Of a stretch of 64,000 nucleotides of DNA, positions 48,676 to 60,858 are shown one piece after another. The stretch comes from an uncultured Christensenellaceae bacterium (GTDB lineage Bacteria; Bacillota; Clostridia; Christensenellales; CAG-314): positions 1,828 to 65,827 of the forward strand of contig CAJUCX010000003.1 in assembly GCA_910585195.1 (NCBI GenBank). The letters run 5' to 3'. Position 1 is the stretch's first letter. Each line of letters starts with the position of its first letter. Both the position numbers and the translations under genes were made by a program. The notes below the pieces were generated by a model that made no database searches, was not told where the DNA came from, and saw only the letters and a list, made by a program, of their open reading frames with translations.

Positions 48676-49043
48676 TTATTTAAGGCTCCTTCAAAAATTT
48701 TTCGTAAGTTTAATTTATTATATTCAAAAAGCAGCAGCAGTAGTAGAGAGTGTTAAGTTGTGGAAAACTTTTTTGCAACTGCTTTTATTTATTGACGAAA
48801 TACATTATAAATGAATTGAAAAAAAAAATCAATACAATATATAGTCGGTATTAAAAAAATCAACAAAATTTTTTTGTTTATAAGTTGTGAAAAAGTATAA
48901 AAAACAATGTTAAAAAGTTGTGTATAAAAAGAAAATATATCAAAAACAGTTGTAAATAAATTATTGATTTTTTTCGGCAGTTGTGTATAATTAAAGTCCC
49001 TACATTTTGCAAACGGTAAAATTTATATAAAGGAAAATTAAAA
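48676..49043. other. Chromosomal replication origin (oriC): DnaA-box cluster, DnaA-trio-like repeat and AT-rich tract
   Basis: TGTGNAWAA-type 9-mers lie at 48759, 48886, 48919 (perfect), 48951 and 48982 (perfect), all in the same orientation. CAGCAGCAGTAGTAG lies at 48732-48746 next to the AT-rich tract 48690-48730. Gene strand bias flips here. Confidence 0.8.
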
Positions 49044-50378
49044 ATGGACGTCAGAGAATTGTGGCAAAAAATGCTGGACGAACTTGAAACGACACTTCCG
49101 GCTTTGGGTTTCGACACATTGGTTGAAACAACCGTGCCTGTAAGTATAACAGACGGCAAACTTATACTTTGCACAAACAGCGAAGTAAGCAAAAGTCTTG
49201 TTCAAAAAAGGTTTGCACAACAAATAAGACTGGCTATGCAAATGGTGCTGCCTATGCTTGACGACGTAGAATTTATTACGGAAGCGCAAAAAGATTTATA
49301 TATAAATAAAGAAGAAGTTTTAAGACCGGTCTGCCACAATTTTGAAGAAACGGTATTTATAAAGAAATATACGTTCGACAATTTCGTAGTAGGCAAATCC
49401 AACGAGTTTGTAGCCGCTGCTGCAAGGGCCGTATCGGAAGCACCCGGCAAAAAATTCAATCCGTTGTTTATATACGGCGGAGTGGGACTCGGCAAAACGC
49501 ACTTACTGCACGCAATAGGCAATCATTTAATGAAAAGCAAGCCTAAATTCAAGACGCTGTACGTAAGTTGCGAAAAATTTACCAACGAACTTATAGAAGC
49601 CATAAGAGACACCAACGAAGCAAAAAAAGCGTTTAGAGAAAAGTACCGCAGTTGCGACGTGCTTATGATTGACGACATTCAGTTTGTATCCAAAACCGAC
49701 GCCACCCAGGAAGAATTGTTTCATACTTTCAACGACCTTTACAGCGCGGAAAAGCAAATTATCATAAGCAGCGACCGCCCACCGAAAGAAATTCAGCATT
49801 TGGAGGACAGATTGCGCACGCGTTTTGCGTGGGGTATGATTGCCGACATAAAACCGCCTGATTTAGAAACGAGAATTGCCATTTTGCAAAAAAAGGCAAG
49901 CGAGCAAAACGCAAACGTAAGCAACGACATATTAAAGGTTATTGCAAACAACGTGCAGACCAACATAAGAGATATGGAAGGTTTGCTTACTAGGGTTATA
50001 AGTTACGCATCGCTTATAAACCACTCGGTAATAGATATGGACGTTGTTAAAGAAGCGTTAAAAGACTACACCGACGATCAAAAGGAAATGATTTCCGTAG
50101 ACAATATTATAGACGCCGTTACGGAGTATTTCAGCATAGATAAAGAGGCGTTGGTAGGCAAAAAGAAAAATAAAGAAATTGTAGAACCGCGTCAGATATG
50201 TATATATCTCATCACAGAGTTTTTGACTTTGCCGTTGGTTAAAATAGGAGAAGTCTTCGGCGGAAGAGATCATACAACCATATTGCACGCGCGCAATAAA
50301 ATAGAAGAGCAGTGTAAAACGGACGGCAGAATTTCCGTATACGTAAAAGATTTGAAGGATATGCTCCTTAAAAAATAA
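49044..50378 (+). CDS. dnaA: Chromosomal replication initiator DnaA
   Basis: 444 aa. GGVGLGKTHLLHAIG Walker A and a C-terminal DNA-binding domain (GGRDHTTILHARNKI). Confidence 0.97.
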   Translation: MDVRELWQKMLDELETTLPALGFDTLVETTVPVSITDGKLILCTNSEVSKSLVQKRFAQQIRLAMQMVLPMLDDVEFITEAQKDLYINKEEVLRPVCHNFEETVFIKKYTFDNFVVGKSNEFVAAAARAVSEAPGKKFNPLFIYGGVGLGKTHLLHAIGNHLMKSKPKFKTLYVSCEKFTNELIEAIRDTNEAKKAFREKYRSCDVLMIDDIQFVSKTDATQEELFHTFNDLYSAEKQIIISSDRPPKEIQHLEDRLRTRFAWGMIADIKPPDLETRIAILQKKASEQNANVSNDILKVIANNVQTNIRDMEGLLTRVISYASLINHSVIDMDVVKEALKDYTDDQKEMISVDNIIDAVTEYFSIDKEALVGKKKNKEIVEPRQICIYLITEFLTLPLVKIGEVFGGRDHTTILHARNKIEEQCKTDGRISVYVKDLKDMLLKK

Positions 50379-50505
50379 TTTTTTCGCGTTTTTTCCGCCC
50401 GTTGTCTGTATTTATGTTTTATAAAAAATAATATATTTTTCGTTGTTAAAACCGCGCTTTGTTTTCCCGTCGACAGACTAAAACCGCGTTAAAAAAATTA
50501 ATAAA

Positions 50506-51603
50506 ATGTTTGTAAGAAGTATTACGGTAAAAAATTACAGAAATTTGGATTACCAAAAAGTAGAGTTGCAAAAGGGGTTAAACGTCTTTTGCGGACTCAA
50601 CGCGCAAGGAAAAACAAATTTTTTGGAGTGTATCGTATTGAGTTCTCTCGGCAAATCTCCGCGTACCGACAGAGACAAAGAACTTATAAACTGGGACAAA
50701 GACTGGGCGCAGATAAAGACTGTTTTTTGCACCGAAACAACCGACGGAGAAATAGAAATAAAACTAAGCAAGGCAGAAAAAAAACGCGTCGCGGTAAACG
50801 GGTTGCCGTTAATAAAAATAGGCGAGTTGTTGGGGTGGTTAAACGTAATTTATTTTTCGCCCGAAGAAATAAAAGTCATAAGAGAAGGTCCCGACGCAAG
50901 ACGCCGTTTTATGGATATAGACCTCTGCCAGACGGACAAAAATTATTTTTATACGCTAAACAGATACAACAAAATTTTGACGCAGCGCAACAATTTGCTC
51001 AAAAAAGAATTTCAAAACAAAGACCTTAAAGAAATGCTTTCCATTTGGGACAAGCAGCTTGCCAAAGAAGGCGCAAAACTTTTTATAAAGCGCAAGGACT
51101 TTATACAAAAAATTGCACCGATAGCGCAGGAAGTGCATAAAAAACTGACCGATGGCAAAGAAGAAATGCACTTGATATATCAGACGGAAATGCAAGGGGA
51201 AACTGCGGCTCAGGCGGAAGAATTTTTGACGGACAAACTGTCTCAGACTTTCGACAAACAGTTGAAGTTGGGGTTTACCGCCAACGGCGTGCACAGAGAC
51301 GACGTCAAGTTTTCCGTCAACAACGTAGATATACGCAAATACGGTTCGCAAGGACAGCAGCGCACGGCGGCGCTTACGCTAAAAATAAGCGAAGTAAAAT
51401 TGCTTAAAGAAATCATCGGCGAGTACCCCGTATTGTTGCTTGACGACGTTTTCAGCGAAATCGACGCATTGCGCCGCAGACGGCTGTTGGAGTACACAGC
51501 GGACATTCAAACGGTGCTTACCGCAACGGAGTTTGAGACAGAACTTGCAAACGGCATACCTTACAAAAAATTTACCGTATCGAACGGCAAAATAAGCGGA
51601 TAA
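50506..51603 (+). CDS. recF: DNA replication and repair protein RecF
   Basis: 365 aa. GLNAQGKTNFLE Walker A, GSQGQQRT signature and LLLDDV Walker B. Confidence 0.93.
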   Translation: MFVRSITVKNYRNLDYQKVELQKGLNVFCGLNAQGKTNFLECIVLSSLGKSPRTDRDKELINWDKDWAQIKTVFCTETTDGEIEIKLSKAEKKRVAVNGLPLIKIGELLGWLNVIYFSPEEIKVIREGPDARRRFMDIDLCQTDKNYFYTLNRYNKILTQRNNLLKKEFQNKDLKEMLSIWDKQLAKEGAKLFIKRKDFIQKIAPIAQEVHKKLTDGKEEMHLIYQTEMQGETAAQAEEFLTDKLSQTFDKQLKLGFTANGVHRDDVKFSVNNVDIRKYGSQGQQRTAALTLKISEVKLLKEIIGEYPVLLLDDVFSEIDALRRRRLLEYTADIQTVLTATEFETELANGIPYKKFTVSNGKISG

Positions 51604-51610
51604 AAAAACA

Positions 51611-51645
51611 ACAGCGGATTTTATAAAATCCGCTGTTTTGGTTTT
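51611..51645 (+). terminator. Terminator after recF
   Basis: ACAGCGGATTTT-AT-AAAATCCGCTGT followed by T-rich sequence. A second hairpin, CGCGATTGT..ACAATCGCG, lies at 51656-51679. Confidence 0.75.
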
Positions 51646-51682
51646 TATTAAAAACGCGATTGTTTATGACAATCGCGTTTTT

Positions 51683-51895
51683 TTAATATTCTTTTCGTCC
51701 GCACAAAACGTCAATGCTAATGTCAAAAAAATCCGCAATCTTCCAACACTCTATAATACTCGGCTCTATTAAACCTTGTTCCCAACGCGACAAATTTGCC
51801 TGACTTGTGTTTAATTCTTTTGCAAGTTGCCGCTGGGACAGATTTTTTAATTTTCTGAATTCGGCAATTTTATTGTTATCGAAGTTATACTCCAT
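51683..51895 (-). CDS. XRE family helix-turn-helix transcriptional regulator
   Basis: 70 aa. LSQRQLAKELNTSQANLSRWEQG is a classic Cro/C1-type HTH. Confidence 0.8.
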   Translation of the reverse strand: MEYNFDNNKIAEFRKLKNLSQRQLAKELNTSQANLSRWEQGLIEPSIIECWKIADFFDISIDVLCGRKEY

Positions 51896-51906
51896 AATTT
51901 TATGAT

Positions 51907-51950
51907 ATACAAAAATGTATCAAATTACTTTATAGATACATATTTGTATC
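51907..51950. promoter_or_regulatory. Two operator-like inverted repeats in the divergent XRE / membrane-protein promoter region
   Basis: ATACA-AAAA-TGTAT at 51907-51920 and GATACA-TATT-TGTATC at 51935-51950. Confidence 0.5.
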
Positions 51951-51986
51951 ACATAATGATTTACAAATACATAGGAGGAGATTGTT

Positions 51987-52214
51987 ATGGACAATCAAAA
52001 TTTGGTACGTTTTTTACTTACTTTCTTTTTGGGGTGGATTGGCAGTATAATTATCAATCACACTTCATTAAAGCCGGACGGATTTACTTCCAGGTCGTTG
52101 GCATATTTCTTTTTATCTATAATAACGTTTGGCGTTTACGGTTTGGTGGCTTCTATTTGCAATTTAACGTTTGACCCTAATAAGGAAAGAAACATCGGTT
52201 ACAAAAAAGACTGA
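51987..52214 (+). CDS. Small two-TM membrane protein
   Basis: 75 aa. AGGAGG ribosome-binding site 8 nt upstream. Two hydrophobic helices. Family not recognised. Confidence 0.5.
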   Translation: MDNQNLVRFLLTFFLGWIGSIIINHTSLKPDGFTSRSLAYFFLSIITFGVYGLVASICNLTFDPNKERNIGYKKD

Positions 52215-52621
52215 TTTTTTGTAAAAGATATACACAAAACAAAAGCGCGCTTATATAAGCACGCTTTTGTTTTGTGGTAAGGTAGGGTGCAGAAATAAAA
52301 TTTTTTATTATAAAAATTTGAAAACGACGCGGAAAACCGAAAAAATTCACAGGCGAAAGGAAAAAAGCGAAAAACAGCAAGCCATTTTTGTCAATCGGCA
52401 AAATATTTCCGTTTGTAAGCAAAATAAAGGGCTTAAAAAGGCATACGAAAAAATTAAGACAAAAAATTTAATTAAATCGCCTTAAAATACAAGCCAAAAA
52501 CGCTATGTTTGTGGTATAATAACAAAAAATTGCTTGCTTATGCAGAGAACTCTTTTCTGTCTGCGGCGCGTTATGCACAATCTCGTTTGAAAAAAGATAA
52601 TTTTGCAAACGAGACGCTTAA

Positions 52622-54583
<1,962 letters not shown>

Positions 54584-54601
54584 TTTTGAGGTGTTTGTAA
54601 T

Positions 54602-57106
54602 ATGAAAAAAGTAGAAAACAGTCATTCAATAGAATATCAAAAAGCTTTGGAAAACACCAAAGTAGTAAAAATCAACGTAGAAGACGAAATGAAAAAATCG
54701 TTTATTGCCTATGCAATGGCGGTAAACGTATCCCGTGCAATTCCTGACGTAAGAGACGGACTTAAACCGGTACACAGAAGAATATTGTACGCTATGGGCG
54801 AACTTAACTTGACAAACGACAAACCGTACAGAAAGTGTGCCCGTATCGTCGGCGACGTTTTGGGTAAATACCACCCGCACGGCGACAGTGCAGTTTACGA
54901 CGCGCTCGTGCGTTTGGCGCAGGACTTCTCTATAAACGAGCCGCTTGTAGAAGGTCAAGGCAACTTCGGTTCCGTCGACGGCGACCCGCCTGCGGCGCAA
55001 AGGTATACCGAAGCAAAACTGTCAAAAATCGCAAGCGAAATGCTTAGAGATATAGACAAAAACACGGTAGACTATTACCCTAACTTCGACGAAACTTTGG
55101 AGCAGCCCGTTGTTTTGCCGTCGAGATTTCCTAACCTTTTGGTAAACGGCTCGGACGGTATAGCAGTAGGTATGGCAACCAACATACCGCCGCACAACTT
55201 AAACGAAGTTATCAACGGCGTAATCGCAACGATAGACAATCCGGAAATCACCGTTGACGAACTTATGACGATTATCCCGGCGCCTGACTATCCTACCGGC
55301 GGCATACTTATGGGCAGGGCGGCAGTGCGCCACGCTTACAAGACGGGGCACGGCGGCATCATCATAAGAGCCAAAGCAGAGATAGAAGAGTTCAACAACG
55401 GCACGCGCAATCGCATAGTCGTTACGGAATTGCCGTATCAGGTAAATAAGGCAAAACTTATAGAGACCATTGCCGATATGGTAAAGAACAAGCGTTTGGA
55501 GGGTATTTCCGACATTCACGAAGAATCCGACCGTTTGGGTATGCGTATAGTTATCGACGTCAAAAAAGACGCCAACGCGCAGGTAGTGCTCAACGCGCTG
55601 TATAAGCATACGCAAATGCAAATTTCCAACGGCATAAACTTGCTTGCGCTTTCCGACGGCGAGCCTAAGGTATTAAACCTCAAAGAAATTATTCAGCAAT
55701 ACGTAGCACACCAAAACGACGTTATTTTGCGCCGTACCAAATACGATTTGGAAAAGGCGGAAGAAAAATGCCACATTTTGGAAGGTCTGGTAATAGCGCA
55801 GGACAATATCGACAGAGTAATAGAAATCATCAAAAAGTCGGAAGACAAAAACGTCGCAAAAGGCAAGTTGATGCAGGAGTTCGGTTTGACGGACAAGCAG
55901 GCAACGGCTATTTTGGAAATGCGCCTGCACAGACTCACCAGTCTTGAAGTCGAAAGTCTCAAAAACGAACTTGCAGAACTTAAAAATTATATCGCAGAGC
56001 TTAAAAGCATTATCAAAAGTCCTGCCAAAGTTGCGGAAATCATCAAAACGGACCTTCGAGAAATAAGCGAAAAATACGGTACACCGCGCAAGACGGAAAT
56101 TTCTATGGACTACGGCGAGATAGACATCGCCGACTTGATTGAAAAAGAAGACGTAGTAATTTCCATGACGCACTTCGGTTACGTTAAGCGCATACCTGTT
56201 GCGGAATACCGCACTCAAAAACGCGGCGGCAAGGGCGTTACCGCACATAAGACCAAGGAAGAAGACTTTGTCGAGCAAATGTTTGTGTCTAGTACACACG
56301 ACGATTTGCTGTGCTTTACCAACAAGGGCAAAGTTTACAACATCAAGGCTTACGAAGTGCCGGAAGCGCAAAAGACGGCAAAAGGCAGGGCAATAGTAAA
56401 CTTGCTGCAACTGACGGAAGGCGAAAAGGTAACGACAATAATACCTATTCAAGAAGGAGCAACGCTGCAAGGCAACTTGCTTATGGCGACTAAAAACGGT
56501 CTTATCAAAAAGACAGACCTAAATGAATTTTCGTCAATCCGCAAGGTCGGCAAAATTTGCATTTCGCTTGTAGGCGAGGACGAACTTATTGCGGTATCTA
56601 TGACGACGGGTTACGACGAAATTTTGGTTGCAAGTCATATGGGCAAGTGCATAAGATTCAGCGAAGAAGAAATCCGCGCAATGGGTCGCGAAGCGCAAGG
56701 CGTACGCAGTATGAAACTTGCCAAAGACGACTTCGTAACCGATATGGCAATCATCAAGAGCGGTTACGAAGTGCTTACCGTAAGCGAAAGCGGCTACGGC
56801 AAACTTTCCGACGTGTCGGACTACCGCTTGCAGGCAAGGGCAGGCAAAGGTATAAAGGCGGGCGTATTCAACAAAAAGACCGGCAACCTCGTCAATCTTA
56901 AACTTGTAAGCCCTGACGAAGACGTTATGCTTATTGCCGACAACGGCGTTATAATCCGCATACGCGCAAATGAAATATCCAAGATAGGCAGAGATACTTT
57001 GGGCGTAAGAGTAATGAAGTTTAAGGACAACGCCAAAGTGGTTTGCGTTGCAACTACACCGCACAATGCCGACGAAGTTGAAGGCGGCGAAGAAACTGCG
57101 GAATAA
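54602..57106 (+). CDS. gyrA: DNA gyrase subunit A
   Basis: 834 aa. [26 protein letters not shown], the YHPHGD QRDR region, and C-terminal beta-pinwheel repeats. Confidence 0.97.
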   Translation: MKKVENSHSIEYQKALENTKVVKINVEDEMKKSFIAYAMAVNVSRAIPDVRDGLKPVHRRILYAMGELNLTNDKPYRKCARIVGDVLGKYHPHGDSAVYDALVRLAQDFSINEPLVEGQGNFGSVDGDPPAAQRYTEAKLSKIASEMLRDIDKNTVDYYPNFDETLEQPVVLPSRFPNLLVNGSDGIAVGMATNIPPHNLNEVINGVIATIDNPEITVDELMTIIPAPDYPTGGILMGRAAVRHAYKTGHGGIIIRAKAEIEEFNNGTRNRIVVTELPYQVNKAKLIETIADMVKNKRLEGISDIHEESDRLGMRIVIDVKKDANAQVVLNALYKHTQMQISNGINLLALSDGEPKVLNLKEIIQQYVAHQNDVILRRTKYDLEKAEEKCHILEGLVIAQDNIDRVIEIIKKSEDKNVAKGKLMQEFGLTDKQATAILEMRLHRLTSLEVESLKNELAELKNYIAELKSIIKSPAKVAEIIKTDLREISEKYGTPRKTEISMDYGEIDIADLIEKEDVVISMTHFGYVKRIPVAEYRTQKRGGKGVTAHKTKEEDFVEQMFVSSTHDDLLCFTNKGKVYNIKAYEVPEAQKTAKGRAIVNLLQLTEGEKVTTIIPIQEGATLQGNLLMATKNGLIKKTDLNEFSSIRKVGKICISLVGEDELIAVSMTTGYDEILVASHMGKCIRFSEEEIRAMGREAQGVRSMKLAKDDFVTDMAIIKSGYEVLTVSESGYGKLSDVSDYRLQARAGKGIKAGVFNKKTGNLVNLKLVSPDEDVMLIADNGVIIRIRANEISKIGRDTLGVRVMKFKDNAKVVCVATTPHNADEVEGGEETAE

Positions 57107-57124
57107 CCAAATAAACAAAATCTT

Positions 57125-57155
57125 TAACCGCAGTGAAAACTGCGGTTAAATTTTG
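57125..57155 (+). terminator. Terminator after gyrA
   Basis: TAACCGCAG-6 nt-CTGCGGTTA followed by AATTTT. Confidence 0.7.
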
Positions 57156-57304
57156 CCCTTTGCTTCTTTGTTGGTTACGGCAGAAAAAGTCGGCGCAAAA
57201 CGTGCATAACGACTGACGAAAAATTATTGTAAAACGGTTGGCAACCGGCGGCGTTTGTTTTATAATAGGTCTGTTGCAAAAATAAACATAAAGGAGAAAT
57301 TTTC

Positions 57305-57988
57305 ATGATTGTAAAAAACAAAACAGCAACTTTGGTTTCAAGAATTTTAATTTGTCTTATTATGCTTGCAGGCGCAATAATTTCACTTGGCGCAGTCAAC
57401 CCCGCGCCAAACTGGTACGTATATTATACAAACCTGTCCAACTATTTTTGTCTTATCGTTGTGCTTGTTGAAACGGTATTTACTGCAATAAATATTAAGA
57501 GCGGACAAGACAAAAAACAACTCAAAGTTGTCCCCGAGGTAAAGTTTGCGGCGCTTATTGCAATTTTGGTTACGTTTTTGATAACTAATATTTTGCTGAC
57601 AAACATTTTTTCCGCCGCCTATTGGTCCGGTGCGGAAAACGTACTTATGCATTTTGTAAACCCTATCCTGTTTTGGGTAGACTGGATACTTTTTGCGGAA
57701 CACAAAAACACAAAGTGGTATTTCCCTTTGTATGAACTTATCTTCCCGCTGACTTACGTCGTTTACATTTTGATAAGGGGCGCAATAATAGCAGACACCG
57801 CCGCGCCGTGGCAAAAGGTGTATCCGTACTTTTTCTTAAACGTAACGGAACTGGGCTATGCAGGTGTGTTTTTGTGGGTGTTGGGACTTGTTGCAATCTT
57901 TTTGATTTTCGGCTACTTAATCTATTTGTTCGATAATTTTGCGGAAGTCAAAACCAAATTAAAACAAAAATTTCAAAATAAAAACTGA
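57305..57988 (+). CDS. Integral membrane protein, family uncertain
   Basis: 227 aa, about 6 hydrophobic helices. AAGGAGA ribosome-binding site. Confidence 0.55.
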   Translation: MIVKNKTATLVSRILICLIMLAGAIISLGAVNPAPNWYVYYTNLSNYFCLIVVLVETVFTAINIKSGQDKKQLKVVPEVKFAALIAILVTFLITNILLTNIFSAAYWSGAENVLMHFVNPILFWVDWILFAEHKNTKWYFPLYELIFPLTYVVYILIRGAIIADTAAPWQKVYPYFFLNVTELGYAGVFLWVLGLVAIFLIFGYLIYLFDNFAEVKTKLKQKFQNKN

Positions 57989-58038
57989 CGGCGGAAATTT
58001 TGATATGTCCGTTAAACTGAAATAAGGAGAGTAATATT

Positions 58039-59055
58039 ATGAAATGTGCTATTTACGGCGCAGGTGCAATGGGCACAGTGCTCGGCGCTTATATTGCGCG
58101 CGCCGGTGTTGAAATCGATTTAATAAACCGCAATGAAAATCATATTTCCGCGCTTAAACAAGACGGAGCAAAAATCATAGGTACGACGGAGTTTACGCAA
58201 AAGGTAAACGCATTGCTGCCAAATGAAATGACGGAAAAATACGATATAATCGTGTTGATGACAAAGCAAAAAGACAATGCGGATATAGTAAGTTTCTTAA
58301 AAGATTATCTCAAAGACGACGGAGTAATCTGCACTTGTCAAAACGGTTTGCCCGAGCCTAAAATTGCCGACATTATAGGGCAGGAGCGTACTCTCGGCTG
58401 CGCCATTGCGTGGGGCGCTACATTCCACGGCAACGGCGTGTCGGAGCTTACTTCCGCACCCGACGCTCTTACGTTTTCGCTCGGCGCGTTCGGCAGCGGC
58501 AACCGTTTGAACGAAGTAAAAGCCTTGTTCGAGCATATGGGCACCGTTGTGGTGGAACAGAATTTCATAGGCGCAAGGTGGTCAAAACTGCTTATAAACA
58601 GCGCGTTTTCCGGCTTATCGGCGGTTACCGGCGCTACATTCGGGCAAGTGTCAAAAGTCAAGTCTTCACGCAAAGTCGCGCAGCGCATTATGAAGGAGTG
58701 CATCGACGTAGCAAAAGCCGCAGGCATTGTTATAGAGCCCGTACAGGGACATAAAATAGACAAGCTGTTTGACTACAAAGGGGCGTTCAAACGCAAAATA
58801 TCTTTTATGCTTATACCCGTCGCGATGAAAAAGCACGGCAAGTTGGAGTCGAGTATGCTGCAAGACCTTCGCAACGGCAAAAAGTGCGAGATAGATTTTA
58901 TAAACGGCGTTGTGTGCGAATACGGCAAAAAATATAACGTGCCTACTCCGTTTAACGCACGAACGGCGGAAATAATTCACGGCATAGAGGACGGCAAATA
59001 TAACATAGAGTTTGACAACATCAAACTTTACGGCGATTTGTTTAAGAAAAAATAA
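58039..59055 (+). CDS. Ketopantoate reductase (PanE/ApbA) family oxidoreductase
   Basis: 338 aa. MKCAIYGAGAMGTVLGAYIA Rossmann start and the C-terminal ApbA domain pattern (E.D.I.G.V...G). Confidence 0.85.
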   Translation: MKCAIYGAGAMGTVLGAYIARAGVEIDLINRNENHISALKQDGAKIIGTTEFTQKVNALLPNEMTEKYDIIVLMTKQKDNADIVSFLKDYLKDDGVICTCQNGLPEPKIADIIGQERTLGCAIAWGATFHGNGVSELTSAPDALTFSLGAFGSGNRLNEVKALFEHMGTVVVEQNFIGARWSKLLINSAFSGLSAVTGATFGQVSKVKSSRKVAQRIMKECIDVAKAAGIVIEPVQGHKIDKLFDYKGAFKRKISFMLIPVAMKKHGKLESSMLQDLRNGKKCEIDFINGVVCEYGKKYNVPTPFNARTAEIIHGIEDGKYNIEFDNIKLYGDLFKKK

Positions 59056-59385
59056 ATTGTTGCAAATTAAAATTTTATTTGCTTGACATATAAATTTATA
59101 TATAGTATAAACTCTGTACTGACAACAAAATAGTTCATCGGAGGATGCGTAATCGCAATTACGCCGTCGATTAAGATGTCGAGTGCGCTCGGTTGTTTTT
59201 TTAACTTATCGGGCGCTCTTTTTTTATCGTAAAATACCCTAAAAATGCCAAGGCGTCAAAGAGTTATCGGGCAGGTTGACTTTGCCGTGAGGCGGTTTAA
59301 GAAGTTTTGCGGTATATAACGGCGCTGTTGTTATTCGCGTCGGAACTATCGTCGGCAACAAAAAATATAAAAAAAGGAGTTATTT

Positions 59386-60714
59386 ATGCAAATAGGACTT
59401 GGCGAACATTTCAATTACAACAAACTTTTGCGGTTTGTCATGCCTTCTATTTTGATGATGATTTTTACGTCTATATACAGCGTGGTAGACGGTCTTTTCG
59501 TGTCCAACATGGTGGGCAAAACCGCATTTGCGGCAGTCAACTTTGTCATACCTCTCACTATGGGGTTGGCTGCAATAGGCTTTATGATAGGTACGGGCGG
59601 CAACGCAATAGTGGCCAAAACTTTGGGCGAAGGCGACCGAAAAAAGGCCAACGAATATTTTTCCATGATGGCCTATCTTTGTATAATTTGCGGCATAGTG
59701 CTTGCAGCGGCGGGAGAGGCTGTTTTGCGTCCGCTTATGGCGGCAATGGGTGCGCAGGGGCAAATGCTTGACGACAGCGTGCTTTACGGCAGAATTTTGC
59801 TTGTGGCGCTTCCTTTCTTTATGTTGCAAAATATGTTTCAAGGCTTTTTAGTTACGGCGGAAAAACCAAAACTCGGTCTTTGCGTTATAGTCGTGGCGGG
59901 CGTGGCAAATATGGTGCTTGACGCATTGTTTATGGCTGCATTTAAGTGGGGCATCGTCGGCGCGGCGGTCGCAACGGCAATAAGCCAAGTTTTGGGCGGC
60001 GTTATACCGGTGTTTTACTTCACGGCAAAAAACAGCAGTCTTTTGCAACTGGTAAAAGCCAAATTCAGCGGAAAAGTAATATTAAAAGCCTGCGCAAACG
60101 GTGCAAGCGAGTTTATGACAAACGTTGCGATTTCTTTGGTAAACGTTATTTACAACCTGCAACTTTTGCACATTGCCGGCGAAAACGGCGTTGCGGCTTA
60201 CGGCACGATAATGTACGTAAACTTTATTTTTATCGCAATTTTTATAGGTTACTCGATGGGCTGCGCTCCGCTTGTGGGCTACAACCACGGCGCGCAAAAC
60301 CATAAAGAACTAAAAAACCTGTTCCGCAAAAGTTTGATTTTGATTGGCGTTACAGGCGTTGCGCTTACGGGACTTGCCTTCTTGCTTGCCTCTCCGCTGT
60401 CGCAACTGTTTGTCGGCTATGATGCCGAACTGCTCGAAATGACGAAACACGGTATGCAACTGTTTTTGCTTGCATTTCTGGTAAACGGCTTTAACGTGTT
60501 CGGTTCGGCTTTCTTTACCGCGTTAAACAACGGGTTGGTGTCTGCAATCATTTCCTTTTTGCGCACATTGCTGTTTCAGGTTGCGGCGGTGTTTTTACTG
60601 CCGCTGGTATTGGGCTTGGACGGCATATGGCTTGCAATTTCCGTCGCGGAAGTGTTGACGCTAATCATTACGATAACATTTTTTATCACTCAAAAAAAGC
60701 GTTACAACTATTAA
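59386..60714 (+). CDS. MATE family efflux transporter
   Basis: 442 aa, 12 TM helices. N-terminal LLRFVMPSILMMIFTSIYSVVDGLFVSN. AAGGAG ribosome-binding site. Confidence 0.9.
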   Translation: MQIGLGEHFNYNKLLRFVMPSILMMIFTSIYSVVDGLFVSNMVGKTAFAAVNFVIPLTMGLAAIGFMIGTGGNAIVAKTLGEGDRKKANEYFSMMAYLCIICGIVLAAAGEAVLRPLMAAMGAQGQMLDDSVLYGRILLVALPFFMLQNMFQGFLVTAEKPKLGLCVIVVAGVANMVLDALFMAAFKWGIVGAAVATAISQVLGGVIPVFYFTAKNSSLLQLVKAKFSGKVILKACANGASEFMTNVAISLVNVIYNLQLLHIAGENGVAAYGTIMYVNFIFIAIFIGYSMGCAPLVGYNHGAQNHKELKNLFRKSLILIGVTGVALTGLAFLLASPLSQLFVGYDAELLEMTKHGMQLFLLAFLVNGFNVFGSAFFTALNNGLVSAIISFLRTLLFQVAAVFLLPLVLGLDGIWLAISVAEVLTLIITITFFITQKKRYNY

Positions 60715-60858
60715 GACAAACAAAACTTATTAGGTATTTTCAAAAAGCAAAGGCCCTAACTCATTTGAGTTAGGGTCTTTGTAAATTAAAGAAACATAAA
60801 TTTTTTTGTAAACGATTTTTATATTACACTTTCGTCATACGGATTATTTATATCGTTA

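Noticed and set aside
50379-50505. An unwinding element or DnaA boxes in the spacer downstream of dnaA
   Set aside because: No TTATNCACA-like 9-mer with 1 mismatch or fewer, and no trinucleotide run. The spacer reads as a plain intergenic region before recF.
59145-59174. 9-codon mini-ORF (MRNRNYAVD) in the MATE leader as a ribosome-stalling attenuator peptide
   Set aside because: The only Shine-Dalgarno-like sequence (GGAGG) abuts the ATG with zero spacing, which is incompatible with normal initiation. The ORF also coincides with a hairpin stem.
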